Shown here piece by piece: positions 1 to 9,813 of a DNA stretch of 64,000 nucleotides (position 1 is its first letter; every line of letters starts with the position of its first letter). The translations under genes were made by a program, and so were the position numbers. Source of the stretch: a virus. The stretch is from the IMG/VR virus record IMGVR_UViG_3300036770_003758, positions 38,211 to 102,210 of that record. One strand, 5' to 3'. The notes beneath the pieces were generated by a model. The model was not told the origin of the DNA, did no database searches, and saw nothing but the letters and a program-made list of their open reading frames with translations.

Positions 1-2
1 TT

Positions 3-623
3 CTCTACTCTAGGCGCTGGTCTATCTAACATATTAGTTACACCATCGTTAACTTGAGCAAATAAACCTAAGTAAAACGGTAAGCTGACGTGAGCTATAA
101 GGATGAATATAGACATAAACGTAGTACCATCTTGAATAGTAAGTAACGCTTTACCTATATTTCCTGATAAAAGAAAGTTTAAAAACGTGTAAGCTTCTAC
201 TTGAGTGCCTCTGCCAAGTACAATAAACCAAGTGTTAGCAAACGCTGGTAACACAGTCCATAGCCCAGACATAAGCACGTCAAGTAATTCTTTAGCGACA
301 ACCCAAATGTTTTGCTTTAACTTAATAGAAGCATATAATTCTTGGAATTGTCTATACAGTGTACTGCCAAAGACTACAGATATCGCTGCAATAGCCATGT
401 GCGAAGCTAATCTTACCCAATAATTCATATTGTGCAAGAATGCTACATCAGCAGCTATGAGACCTTCAAGTACAGCTAAGAATACTAATAGTGCTTCTTG
501 CAATACTACTTTACGATCGCGTATAGCATCGATGATATCTGTACCCTTAGACTTAGATTTGAAAATTGCATAGAGCATTGCTACACCAAGTGCAGCTACT
601 ATTGCAGGTACATACTGTGTCAT
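3..623 (-). CDS. Multi-pass membrane protein, truncated at window edge
   Basis: Hand translation from ATG at 623 (MTQYVPAIVAALGVAMLYAIF...) is open to the window start with several hydrophobic segments; absent from the ORF track because it has no stop in the window. Confidence 0.75.
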   Translation of the reverse strand, partial: MTQYVPAIVAALGVAMLYAIFKSKSKGTDIIDAIRDRKVVLQEALLVFLAVLEGLIAADVAFLHNMNYWVRLASHMAIAAISVVFGSTLYRQFQELYASIKLKQNIWVVAKELLDVLMSGLWTVLPAFANTWFIVLGRGTQVEAYTFLNFLLSGNIGKALLTIQDGTTFMSIFILIAHVSLPFYLGLFAQVNDGVTNMLDRPAPRVE

Positions 624-699
624 TTCTTATCAAACATTTTTTTGTACATGTAATAAATAATTAAAATCCAGATTAACCACATAATAAAGTGTAATATCA

Positions 700-1080
700 T
701 CATTTGCCGTACATTAAGTTTCGTATAAAAGAGTTCATTCTTGTGCTAGCTTGATTTATAGTCAACACTTTTACCCTGACTAAACTATCAAGCTCTTGTT
801 CTTTTTTGTCGACAATGAAATTTACTTCTTTTAAAACAGCTTTGCGTACAAACTGAGGATTTGTAGATAAAGTATCTACCATGTGCTCACGTTCTCTTGT
901 CAAAACTTTAAACGCATTAGAGTTTACAGTTTCTATGTTTGTAGAATCGCTAGCAACAGTTACACTTACCTGAGACGTGGTTTCATCTCGTGAGCAAGCG
1001 TACTTGTTAAACAGTATAAACACTACAATCAGCGCAACGATTTGCGCAATGTTACTCATCCAACTTGATTTTTGGCTCAT
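700..1080 (-). CDS. Hypothetical membrane-anchored protein, possible lipoprotein
   Basis: N-terminal hydrophobic stretch IVALIVVFILF followed by YAC. Confidence 0.65.
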   Translation of the reverse strand: MSQKSSWMSNIAQIVALIVVFILFNKYACSRDETTSQVSVTVASDSTNIETVNSNAFKVLTREREHMVDTLSTNPQFVRKAVLKEVNFIVDKKEQELDSLVRVKVLTINQASTRMNSFIRNLMYGK

Positions 1081-1477
1081 GATAAAAAGGTCCTTTTTGA
1101 ATTTTACCGATGTTATTTAATAATACAAAATACCCTTCAATTTCTTCAACTGTGTATCCAGCAAGCATGTTTTCTTTTATGTAGTTTTCAAGTGCTTCTT
1201 TAGAGCTACTGCGCTTACTCATGTTGCTGTAAAAAACTTGTGCAAAAGCTTTGTTGATTTCTTCAAAAGAATAACCTAGTGCAATTACCCTTGCTGAAGC
1301 TACCCAAAGTAAATCAATAGCTTCTTTAAGCTCTGCTTCAGATTTACCTCCAGAAAACTCAGCGTCAAGTTCTCTTAGTTCTTCTTGCACTAGTTTAGAG
1401 TAAAGCTTACACGTTTTAAAATCCCTCTCTGTAGGTATTTTAAAACTTTCCATCCACTGTTTAATTAATGAAATCAT
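1052..1477 (-). CDS. MazG-like / PRA-PH family NTP pyrophosphohydrolase
   Basis: LVQEELREL...ELKEAIDLLWV...AFAQVFYSNMSK...GKIQKGP motifs. Confidence 0.8.
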   Translation of the reverse strand: MISLIKQWMESFKIPTERDFKTCKLYSKLVQEELRELDAEFSGGKSEAELKEAIDLLWVASARVIALGYSFEEINKAFAQVFYSNMSKRSSSKEALENYIKENMLAGYTVEEIEGYFVLLNNIGKIQKGPFYHEPKIKLDE

Positions 1478-2339
1478 TTAATAAAGTTTTGTATTGGTTA
1501 ATAGATTCGTGTATCAGCTTTACATTTTTTACTGCAGGTTTTACTGGAAGGGACATATCTTCTGGTTTATACAATATGTTTTTTTCTTTCCACCAATCTG
1601 CAGTAGTAACTAACTGCGCTTGACACAACGCAGCTTCGTGGTATGCGCTCAAAGATTTACAAACATTTTCTGGAGTAAACATGATAGGGTGAAATATAAA
1701 ATGCGGACTAATGTTACACAGCCGCATAAAATACACCATAGGTTCTGTCCAAGATATTTTTTCTGAAAACCTTGGTGAAAAACTTTCTGGTTTGATACCC
1801 ATAAAGAACCACTTGGGATGCAACCTTTCTTCTATCTCGTTAAAGATGTCTATGAAATGTTCGTAATCTGCTTTTCTAGCTGTAGATCCACGCACAACTA
1901 TAGAAGTCCTTAAGCTTTTTGTTTTAGCCGAAAGGTTTAGGTCTAAGAAGTTTTTTATAATTATTGTCTTATCACCTAGTTTTTTACTCCAATAGTTGTA
2001 CAGTTCTTCTGTGGCGCATATTACTTTATCAGCTATCTCTAAACAATCTTCATGCTCACGGTGATAGTTTGGAAAGTTAGTGTATGTCATTAAATCGTCT
2101 ATGTCACACACTACAGGTATACCAATACTCTTTGCCATAGTTATAGCAAACAAGTGGTCTCTGGTATGCGGCATACTAACAAACAATAACGATGCACCAA
2201 ATAATTCACGTGGATAACTTTCGTCGTAAACATTTATCGTTTTTGAAATTACACTCTTTGCTGCCCAGTGCAACATGTTATCAATCCTGTAGAAATTAGT
2301 ACCTCTACTTTCTGAGCGTATTATTGCAATAAAACTCAT
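1461..2339 (-). CDS. Glycosyltransferase-like protein (GT-B type)
   Basis: GxxFYRI, VVCDIDD, ADKVICATEEL, IIKN and late KSLSAYHEAA motifs typical of phage GT4-like proteins. Confidence 0.65.
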   Translation of the reverse strand: MSFIAIIRSESRGTNFYRIDNMLHWAAKSVISKTINVYDESYPRELFGASLLFVSMPHTRDHLFAITMAKSIGIPVVCDIDDLMTYTNFPNYHREHEDCLEIADKVICATEELYNYWSKKLGDKTIIIKNFLDLNLSAKTKSLRTSIVVRGSTARKADYEHFIDIFNEIEERLHPKWFFMGIKPESFSPRFSEKISWTEPMVYFMRLCNISPHFIFHPIMFTPENVCKSLSAYHEAALCQAQLVTTADWWKEKNILYKPEDMSLPVKPAVKNVKLIHESINQYKTLLNDFIN

Positions 2340-2363
2340 TGTAATAGTTTTAAAAGTTAATTT

Positions 2364-2390
2364 AATGTGGAGGTACTAGACCTCCACATT
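2364..2390. terminator. Intergenic hairpin, putative terminator
   Basis: AATGTGGAGGT/ACCTCCACATT perfect 11-bp inverted repeat. Confidence 0.55.
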
Positions 2391-2394
2391 TATG

Positions 2395-2601
2395 TTATTT
2401 ATGACGTGTTTGTTTGGTTTCTCTTTCTTCTTCAACAATAACACTGTCTATGTCGTAAGAAAGTTCGTTGTGTCTACTGTACACTGTAATCTCAATGTTT
2501 TCAATCTCAGAAGCTAGCTGATCGCATAAACCTTTCACAAGTTCCGGATCTCCGTCAAAGTTTCCTTTGACTGTAATAATAAGAGTTTTACGAAAGCGCA
2601 T
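2395..2601 (-). CDS. Hypothetical protein
   Basis: ORF packed in operon, same strand as neighbours. Confidence 0.65.
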   Translation of the reverse strand: MRFRKTLIITVKGNFDGDPELVKGLCDQLASEIENIEITVYSRHNELSYDIDSVIVEEERETKQTRHK

Positions 2602-2607
2602 GTGGAA

Positions 2608-2895
2608 TTAGTTTAAAGGTATAGTATCGGTATCTACTTTACTAGCTAGTTTTTGTTCTACTAGTTTTTCAACAAACGTTACAGGTAATGCGATACAACC
2701 GTCAACCTTGTTTACACACTTGCAGAAACCGTCAAGGCTTGGTTCAACATCAAGCTTAAGGCACAGTGCCAAGTAAATATTGAACATAGGTTCAAGCTTT
2801 GTTTCATCATCTAAACACGTAGCTATCTTCCACTCGTAAGGTGTACCTTTGTATTCAAAAGAAATTGTACTAGAATTAAGACATGCCATCTGCAT
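2608..2895 (-). CDS. Hypothetical protein
   Basis: ORF packed in operon. Confidence 0.65.
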   Translation of the reverse strand: MQMACLNSSTISFEYKGTPYEWKIATCLDDETKLEPMFNIYLALCLKLDVEPSLDGFCKCVNKVDGCIALPVTFVEKLVEQKLASKVDTDTIPLN

Positions 2896-2915
2896 AATAA
2901 ATAAGTTTAAAATGG

Positions 2916-3551
2916 CTAAGTGCCACCTGTGTAATCAGGTGGCAACTTAGGACCATGGTGATCAACATTAAAAGCTTCGTATGTCGGCGGTACATAAAAA
3001 GAATCTAATTCAGATCCTTGTAGTTCTTCTTCAGATACATTGACTTCGTAGTGCTCTTGCAATTTACTCTTGAAGATAGTTACAAACTGTTCTTTCTTAG
3101 TAAGTACTGCATACAACGGATTGATGACTTTGTTTTCATACTCCGTAATACCCATTTTCTTAAGCTGTTCTACTGTGAACATTTCAGAAAACTTACCTTC
3201 GATAAAGCTGTTGTAGCTACGGTGTAACTCTTTAGGTATCCTAAATACAATAAAGACATGTGTGTTATCCTTTAGCTTCATTGGATAATCGTCTTCATAA
3301 TATTCATGTTGCCTAAGATAAGTTAGCGCTTGACGTTGTAACCTAGTCTTGTTTTCTACAAGTGCAAATAACCTATAACCAGGTTGACCATAGTTCTTAG
3401 CTTGAAGATACTTAAGGTCATACGTACCCCACATAATAGGTCTGGTCATTTGCAACTTTGTAAGACTTTCTTTATCGAAATAAGAAAGCATTGCACGAGC
3501 TAGATAAATCCTAGTACGGTTTACGTAGATTTTATTTAGCTGTATCTTCAT
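2916..3551 (-). CDS. Hypothetical protein
   Basis: 211-aa ORF with ATGA overlap to the upstream gene. Confidence 0.75.
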   Translation of the reverse strand: MKIQLNKIYVNRTRIYLARAMLSYFDKESLTKLQMTRPIMWGTYDLKYLQAKNYGQPGYRLFALVENKTRLQRQALTYLRQHEYYEDDYPMKLKDNTHVFIVFRIPKELHRSYNSFIEGKFSEMFTVEQLKKMGITEYENKVINPLYAVLTKKEQFVTIFKSKLQEHYEVNVSEEELQGSELDSFYVPPTYEAFNVDHHGPKLPPDYTGGT

Positions 3552-4357
3552 ACAGTAAAGAATTTGTACGCCTCAAGTACTTTATCTGGCCTTGCAATAG
3601 ACACTTCACGATCTTTACCTATCGTATAGGTCATTGCTTGGTACAGATCATACCTGGTGTATACACCATCTGGCTTGTGATACTTACCGTTAGGCTTAAA
3701 CGATAAGTCCATCATCTGAGAAAAGTGTGTCTTCATCGCAATAGCTTTGTGAGCTTTGAGTGCCACCTGGCCAATGACACGTTCAAGTTGCTCACCTTGT
3801 AATTGTTCGCCAGTAAGTAATGCGTGTGCTTGTACAAGTTCTTGCCTACGTGTATCGATACGCTGTAGGTAGCTATCAATCGCCTCGTAAATCGCGCCAA
3901 AATCTGTAGATGCAAAGTCACGCTGTGCAATATCTACCGCATTGAACACAGATAGGTTCAAACATGCTTGGTTCTCAAAACCTAAGTACACCTTCATGAT
4001 AGGTTTACTTACGTCATGGGCGTAGAGAAAACCAACAACTGTTTTGTACTTGTCGCTACCAAAGACTTGATCTTCAGTGTTGAGCACAGCTTCTACAAGT
4101 ACGCGATCTGCGAACATGTACTTCTCGGCAATTTCACCGCCCTCAGTAGTATCTACTGCTTTGCGGTTAGGTTCTTGCACGTAGCAGTTGTAGCTACTAA
4201 CATGTGACGATAGCTTTGCGAACGCAGGTGTAAGCACTGCTTCCGGCGAAGGTAGTGTTAGAAACTGATTACCTTCTTGTTGTGACGCTTTGTAGCGCAA
4301 CAAGTCACTTAATTGAACTTGCTTCATGGTAAAGTATTTATTGATTATTAATTCCAA
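3548..4357 (-). CDS. DUF932/DUF3871-like protein
   Basis: KVYLGFENQACLNLSVF motif and C-terminal TRYDLYQAMT; the real start may be the second Met (MKQVQ). Confidence 0.5.
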   Translation of the reverse strand: MELIINKYFTMKQVQLSDLLRYKASQQEGNQFLTLPSPEAVLTPAFAKLSSHVSSYNCYVQEPNRKAVDTTEGGEIAEKYMFADRVLVEAVLNTEDQVFGSDKYKTVVGFLYAHDVSKPIMKVYLGFENQACLNLSVFNAVDIAQRDFASTDFGAIYEAIDSYLQRIDTRRQELVQAHALLTGEQLQGEQLERVIGQVALKAHKAIAMKTHFSQMMDLSFKPNGKYHKPDGVYTRYDLYQAMTYTIGKDREVSIARPDKVLEAYKFFTV

Positions 4358-5292
4358 ATAGATGGGATATCTAACGCATCTTGTTCTCTAGGCTCAAAGT
4401 ATTCAACCCAGCCTTTAATGCGCATACGGTGTTTTACGATGCTGTCGTTAATGTAAATATCACCAAGGTCTTTAACAGCACCGTATTTAGCAATCTGTAA
4501 ATCTAAATCTGAAATATCTATAGTCACACAGGTATTATCTACTTTAGAATACACAGCAATATGACATGTTACTGGCTTATCGTAAATAAGCTGTAACGCT
4601 TCACGATAAAATGATAGCTGCATATCAGTTCTACGCCTACGTATTTCAGTGTTGTAATCTTCAATAGGTAACTCTGTGTACTTGATGTCGTAGAGTTCAA
4701 TGCTATCTTCATTAAACACAACTAGGTCTATAAGACCTTTACATTCTTTACCGTTGTACTTAAAGTACACAGGCTTTTGAGCTTCATGCTCTGACGCTAG
4801 CTGATCTTTGAGGTGATATCTGAGTAGTTCACTGGGCGCATACAGGTTAATGCGTAAATCAGCAGGTACTAATTTTCTATCACCTTGTAGATGTAGATGT
4901 TCTAAATACTTTTGACCGTTTTTATTTACAACTACTGTGTTGATTCGAGTAGGTGTTTTATAACGCATGTTGTATTCTAGTTCATCCATGATTTGAACTA
5001 GACCTTCTGTATTGCGATGTAGTTCTTTTTCTTCAGGAAATCTTTTGTAATAGGTATCTACAATCTGTTTTACTTTACCTGTAGGCATTGCTGAAGATTG
5101 AGTCCACTCACAAAATAACTTTGTGTACAGTGATGGTGTGAGGACTAAGCAGTCAAAGATAGAACCTTTGAGTAACGCAGGGTTATCATCATTCTTTTCT
5201 TTTCTTGCTATTCCCAGCTCTACTTTTATTTGACTTTGGCTTATTGCTGGGTGATTGTAGTACTCCTTGATTTGTTGCACCTTCGTATCCAT
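4348..5292 (-). CDS. PD-(D/E)XK exonuclease (RecE/ExoVIII-like)
   Basis: YYNHPAISQSQIK, GSIFDCLVL, CKGLIDLV, YDIKYT, QLSFY. Confidence 0.8.
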   Translation of the reverse strand: MDTKVQQIKEYYNHPAISQSQIKVELGIARKEKNDDNPALLKGSIFDCLVLTPSLYTKLFCEWTQSSAMPTGKVKQIVDTYYKRFPEEKELHRNTEGLVQIMDELEYNMRYKTPTRINTVVVNKNGQKYLEHLHLQGDRKLVPADLRINLYAPSELLRYHLKDQLASEHEAQKPVYFKYNGKECKGLIDLVVFNEDSIELYDIKYTELPIEDYNTEIRRRRTDMQLSFYREALQLIYDKPVTCHIAVYSKVDNTCVTIDISDLDLQIAKYGAVKDLGDIYINDSIVKHRMRIKGWVEYFEPREQDALDIPSIWN

Positions 5293-5635
5293 GTTCTTTA
5301 AGGTATGAAGTTATTAATTTGATGAATGTTTCTTCAGTCATTGTCACGTAAGTACCGTGCCTTGGTTTTTTATGAAACAAGACATTAAGTAAGTTCTTAG
5401 GCATTGCGTCTAAGACTTCTATGTAATTAGGTCTGTTGATGTAATATTTACATTGTACACCAAAGTCACCAGTGTTTACAAGGTCAATGCCTTTATCATC
5501 TGCGTGCTTAGACATTAAACGAGAAGTAGCTACATTATCAAAACCTAATAGTTTAAACAATGCAGCTACTTTGCGTTCATACGCATGGCCACTAGTCCTG
5601 TTTCTCTTACCAATACTCGCTTTGTCTTTTTTCAT
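5189..5635 (-). CDS. Holliday junction resolvase-like PD-(D/E)XK nuclease
   Basis: GHAYERKVA...DDKGIDL...VQCK. Confidence 0.7.
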   Translation of the reverse strand: MKKDKASIGKRNRTSGHAYERKVAALFKLLGFDNVATSRLMSKHADDKGIDLVNTGDFGVQCKYYINRPNYIEVLDAMPKNLLNVLFHKKPRHGTYVTMTEETFIKLITSYLKEHGYEGATNQGVLQSPSNKPKSNKSRAGNSKKRKE

Positions 5636-5637
5636 AA

Positions 5638-6324
5638 TTAAAACGGTAATGTAAATTCAAACTGTACGTTGTATATAGATTTGTACAGATCAGCAAACTG
5701 TTGAAACTTATCTTTGAAGTCTCTGTCTTCATACGAAGCCCTAGCTGGATGTTCAGACGCTATTACATAGTTACGTAATGGAAATACTAACGTAGATAGT
5801 TTAATAGCTTCTTGACCCATAAAGTAAAAGATAATGTCTTGCTTATTATCGTTGAGCCATCCAATAAGTACTTTACTAAACGCAGACCACAGTTCTACAT
5901 GTGCAGTGGGATTACTCGGTATTGCTGTTAACGCAGTGTTTAACAATAGTACACCTTGTTGTCTCCACATACTAAGATCTGATTGTAGATACTCACTAAT
6001 AGGATCTTGTTTAGTTATCCTACGTATAGAATCTGCAATCTTTTGTAAGCTTTTAGGCCATTCGTGATAACTACGACCTGTTTCTTCAATAGCAAACGCA
6101 TATCCACATGCGTGATCTGTACCGTCAATAAACTTACCTGGATATGGACTCAAGCCTACAATAACAGCTTTAACATCATCTACAGGCATTTCAAAAGCCC
6201 TAAATATATTAGGACCTGGTTGTGGCTTGTATGTTCCTGGCGTGAGCTGTGCCATAATATCTGGCACAAGCTCAAACGCAGGACACTTTATCCAACTTTC
6301 ATGCGCTAACTTTGGTTTTGTCAC
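5638..6324 (-). CDS. ung: Uracil-DNA glycosylase (family 1)
   Basis: IFRAF...VKAVIVGLSPYP, QGVLLLNTALT, HVELW, SEHPA. Confidence 0.9.
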   Translation of the reverse strand: MTKPKLAHESWIKCPAFELVPDIMAQLTPGTYKPQPGPNIFRAFEMPVDDVKAVIVGLSPYPGKFIDGTDHACGYAFAIEETGRSYHEWPKSLQKIADSIRRITKQDPISEYLQSDLSMWRQQGVLLLNTALTAIPSNPTAHVELWSAFSKVLIGWLNDNKQDIIFYFMGQEAIKLSTLVFPLRNYVIASEHPARASYEDRDFKDKFQQFADLYKSIYNVQFEFTLPF

Positions 6325-6557
6325 AGTCTTGGTTCTTTAAGATATTTAATTTTTACACGACTTGGATCTACTACACGAGTAAAAGTATCTCCAAAGTGTT
6401 TTGCTTCTTCAAAATTATCAAACTCGAATTGCATTTCGTACATCGTGTTTAATGTTAAAAAATCTTTCAAGGTCTCAGAACTCATTATTTTCTCTTTAAA
6501 CTTAAGTAAATCCTGAGAGCTTTTAAATTCCATAAACACTGGATAGCTAAAATTCAT
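6321..6557 (-). CDS. Hypothetical protein
   Basis: Translationally coupled ORF. Confidence 0.6.
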   Translation of the reverse strand: MNFSYPVFMEFKSSQDLLKFKEKIMSSETLKDFLTLNTMYEMQFEFDNFEEAKHFGDTFTRVVDPSRVKIKYLKEPRL

Positions 6558-6850
6558 TTTTTAGGTATTAATACACTGTACAAAGCATTTTCAACTTCAC
6601 TTGGATGGTAAATAACTTCTCCAGCAGGTAACACAATAACTTCAGTCTTAATTAAATAAGCGCCGAAATCACTAGGGTTTATTTCAGGAAAGCTATCTAA
6701 AAGCAACCTGATTTCATGCGCAGTATAACCTTCTTTGTTAGCTCTTTTAAACTCAGAAGTTACCGCGCTAACTTTTTCTACTGCTTCAAATACTTTTTGT
6801 TTTAATGCGTCCATAGTTCTATAATTGTAGTTATTAAAATACCTATGCAC
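6554..6850 (-). CDS. Hypothetical protein
   Basis: ORF in operon; start probably MDALKQ. Confidence 0.6.
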   Translation of the reverse strand: MHRYFNNYNYRTMDALKQKVFEAVEKVSAVTSEFKRANKEGYTAHEIRLLLDSFPEINPSDFGAYLIKTEVIVLPAGEVIYHPSEVENALYSVLIPKK

Positions 6851-6910
6851 ATACCTAATAGCATAGCGACTATAGTTATCACTACACCTAATACTAAATA
6901 CAGTCAGCGT

Positions 6911-7573
6911 TTACTCATAGCCCATTGCCTCAGATACTACAGGGAACCTGTGTTTAAATAGTGAAAGAATTTCATAAGCTACCTGACGATGTTCTAGCTG
7001 CGTGTGTTCATCACAACGTACAGAAAGATAATGTATCCAAGAACGTACAGAACCTTTCATGTACATCGTAGTACTGGTAGCTAACGGTAATATACTTCTT
7101 GCAGTTTCTCTAGATACATCAGCGTTTAACAACGCTTCATACGCATCAAAAGTAAGATCTGTGACCATACTTACAAGTTCATCAGCTTGGTACTGTTGAT
7201 CGTGCAATGTTACAATAGGATTAAATTCTTCTTCAGAAGATTGTCTATTGTTCTTAGCTTGTTTACGTAAAGAGATAGGTTCTATGCCTTGTGCATTTGC
7301 ATATCTCTGTGAACGTTCTTGAAAAGAAAAAGAACGATGTCTAAGAATCTGTGCTGCTATAAATCTACTGGTTACAATCTCAACAGTATAATCTACCATT
7401 TCAAAAGGAGACCAGTGTTTTTTGTTGATCAGGTAGCGTAAAAGCTTAGGTGCTGTATTTAAGTTAAGTTGATTCTCTGGATTACTAACCCTAGCTTCAT
7501 ACACAATTAGATCTTCTGCTTTATCAATACCTTTTACTAAAGGCATTGTGATAGATACTTCAGATACTTTCAT
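6911..7573 (-). CDS. thyX: Flavin-dependent thymidylate synthase
   Basis: HWSPFEM, QILRHRSFSFQERSQRY (RHRx7S), ARSILP, HTQLEHR. Confidence 0.95.
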   Translation of the reverse strand: MKVSEVSITMPLVKGIDKAEDLIVYEARVSNPENQLNLNTAPKLLRYLINKKHWSPFEMVDYTVEIVTSRFIAAQILRHRSFSFQERSQRYANAQGIEPISLRKQAKNNRQSSEEEFNPIVTLHDQQYQADELVSMVTDLTFDAYEALLNADVSRETARSILPLATSTTMYMKGSVRSWIHYLSVRCDEHTQLEHRQVAYEILSLFKHRFPVVSEAMGYE

Positions 7574-7578
7574 AGTGT

Positions 7579-7851
7579 TTACATTAACGATAGGATAAAT
7601 TCATAAGCTTGTGCTAATTTTTCGACATGAGTTTGCTTACTAGAATTTTCCATAATGTGATTAAATATAAGACTTAAACTCTTTACTTGTAAGGAGTCGT
7701 CTATGTTTAGATTAGGTATTTCGTGTTCGCTGTAATGGGTTAGATACAGAGACATTATCCTTAACTTCTGTATCTTCGGTAGCCTTTGAAAACTTTCTGA
7801 TAAATCTGCGATGTTCATTTTTTGGATTTTTAGAACAATAATACAAATCAT
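7579..7851 (-). CDS. Hypothetical protein
   Basis: ORF in operon; start probably MNIADL. Confidence 0.55.
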   Translation of the reverse strand: MICIIVLKIQKMNIADLSESFQRLPKIQKLRIMSLYLTHYSEHEIPNLNIDDSLQVKSLSLIFNHIMENSSKQTHVEKLAQAYEFILSLM

Positions 7852-7895
7852 TTACGGTTTTACAACCATTTTCTTGACCACAAACTACACATTTC

Positions 7896-8111
7896 TCAAC
7901 TTGCTTCATCTTCTAAGTTTTTTATATGCCTGTTTAAATACCACTGTGCTTTTTTAAGATCTTCAATAGTCTTGTTTTCATCTTTGCGACCTGCACGTAG
8001 TATGTACTTAAGCACGTTACCTAAATGAAACCCTAAGTTTTTAGCTTCAATGATTTTAATAGGCTCGTAAATATCATCTTTACCGCCATAATGTTCTGGA
8101 TGATCTATCAT
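7896..8111 (-). CDS. DUF3310 family protein
   Basis: IDHPEHY...GFHLGNVLKYILRAGRK...EDLKKAQWYL. Confidence 0.9.
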   Translation of the reverse strand: MIDHPEHYGGKDDIYEPIKIIEAKNLGFHLGNVLKYILRAGRKDENKTIEDLKKAQWYLNRHIKNLEDEAS

Positions 8112-9082
8112 TGTAGTGCAGTTATTAACATGTTTCTAGCAATATTGCTAAAACCAGCAACAACTAAATCATCAGTGTCTTTACCTAGTTGTTGTGGGTA
8201 AAACAACTTTTTACTGTCAGTGATCATAGAACTTAACCTTTTAGCACCTTCTACACCAGCTTGATCATTGTCGTATACAATAACTTTTTTAGAGTACTTA
8301 TTTAAAAAGCTAAGGTCAGAAGGTATAGTACCTTCACTTTGAAAAGCGTATGTATCGCATCCTGTAAGCTTGTTAATAAGCAATCCGTCTTTGTAAGATT
8401 TTGTAACGATACAACTAGGTGTACCTGTTTCCCATTTCCACACGTCGTTTTTAACAGCAGTAGATAATGGAAATCTTTTATCTTTTTCGTTGTACGGACA
8501 ATACATTTTAAACCTTAGTGTATCTTGAAATGTAAGTGCATAGCATGGATATGTCTTAGGATAATATGCTCTACCATCCACCCAATATCTATACACAGAA
8601 TAACAAGGTTGCTTAGATTGTAATAACTCAGGATAAGATACATCTCTCTTAGCCCAGTAATCTACATCAGATAAAGTGTATGTGACTTCACCGTTGTCCA
8701 TGTAAGCTTCGTAATACACATCTTTTTTAGTATCTGTTTGCGTGACAACAAACTGTGTTACTTTAAACATAGGCCTGTTAACACTTATTGGTACTTTGTG
8801 GTATACAAAATTAGCTAACAGTTGTTCAGCTTCGTTAAATTGTATACCTTTGAGGTGCGCAAGTGCGTGTATTACAGTATATTTATTATACTCTTGAAAA
8901 GCCCAATCAGTAAATAACATGATACCGTTGTACGTACGCAGATAACAATTAGCTCTAGTATCTGCTCTAAATGGACTAGTGATTAATTGATTAGGTTCTA
9001 CATCTTGACCTAATACCATAGACCATAACACACGCTGATCTACATTGCGCAAGTTAAATTTGGTGTTTGTAATTCCATACAT
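8108..9082 (-). CDS. DNA primase (Toprim, crAss-type)
   Basis: SPFRAD N-terminal motif, IVTKSYKD, QSEG, YDNDQAG, KDTDD. Confidence 0.85.
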   Translation of the reverse strand: MYGITNTKFNLRNVDQRVLWSMVLGQDVEPNQLITSPFRADTRANCYLRTYNGIMLFTDWAFQEYNKYTVIHALAHLKGIQFNEAEQLLANFVYHKVPISVNRPMFKVTQFVVTQTDTKKDVYYEAYMDNGEVTYTLSDVDYWAKRDVSYPELLQSKQPCYSVYRYWVDGRAYYPKTYPCYALTFQDTLRFKMYCPYNEKDKRFPLSTAVKNDVWKWETGTPSCIVTKSYKDGLLINKLTGCDTYAFQSEGTIPSDLSFLNKYSKKVIVYDNDQAGVEGAKRLSSMITDSKKLFYPQQLGKDTDDLVVAGFSNIARNMLITALQ

Positions 9083-9145
9083 GACGGTTTTGTTTAAAAA
9101 GAGAAGGAGGTACCTGCAAAGTACCTCCCTTCTAAAAATGGAAAA

Positions 9146-9799
9146 TCAAAAGTCGGTTTCACCTTTAATTACAGGCGCTGGTGCATTAGGGTTATCCTTA
9201 GTCCAGCGTACTGATTTCATGTACTTGGTGTCTGGGTCTCCAATCTTCTTAGGGTTGAGAACCGTACAGAAGAAATCTCCAACTACGTACATCTCATCAG
9301 GTACTTCCATGTACTGTGAGTTAGCTTTGAACCCTGCTGCAATAGTACCTTCTACGGTGTTGTACGAAGCAGGTAACATGGACTTAGCCATGATTACAAA
9401 TTGATCAAAGCTAGGCTCGTGGACACCAGGTACAAAGTTATTGGCTTGCACCCATTGGTTTATCTTTTCCACCCATACATCTTCGGTAACAAACCCTGTG
9501 ACGATATGCTTGATGTAAGAGCTGAGGTCTTTCATCTTTGAGCCTGCAATATCATCAACAGTGCGCACGGTACCGTCTTTTTTCTTGAACCTTTCCGGGT
9601 ATTTGTCAAGGTCAGAAGCAATTTTGCCCTTGTCGATGGGAAACTTGCGAACGCTTAGATCTAAGCCATTTTCAAGCTTAAATACAATGTCCAGCACAGG
9701 GCCTTTGTACTTATCTGTTGTCACCATGGACAACTCGAACTTCTCCAGCGTGCACTTCTGTACACCAGCTTTTGTTGATGGAGTGGTTTCTCCGTACAT
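9146..9799 (-). CDS. Putative single-stranded DNA-binding protein
   Basis: Lies between the AAA_24 ATPase and primase and ends in an acidic-aromatic tail (ETDF); called from context only. Confidence 0.45.
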   Translation of the reverse strand: MYGETTPSTKAGVQKCTLEKFELSMVTTDKYKGPVLDIVFKLENGLDLSVRKFPIDKGKIASDLDKYPERFKKKDGTVRTVDDIAGSKMKDLSSYIKHIVTGFVTEDVWVEKINQWVQANNFVPGVHEPSFDQFVIMAKSMLPASYNTVEGTIAAGFKANSQYMEVPDEMYVVGDFFCTVLNPKKIGDPDTKYMKSVRWTKDNPNAPAPVIKGETDF

Positions 9800-9813
9800 A
9801 ACGATAATATTTA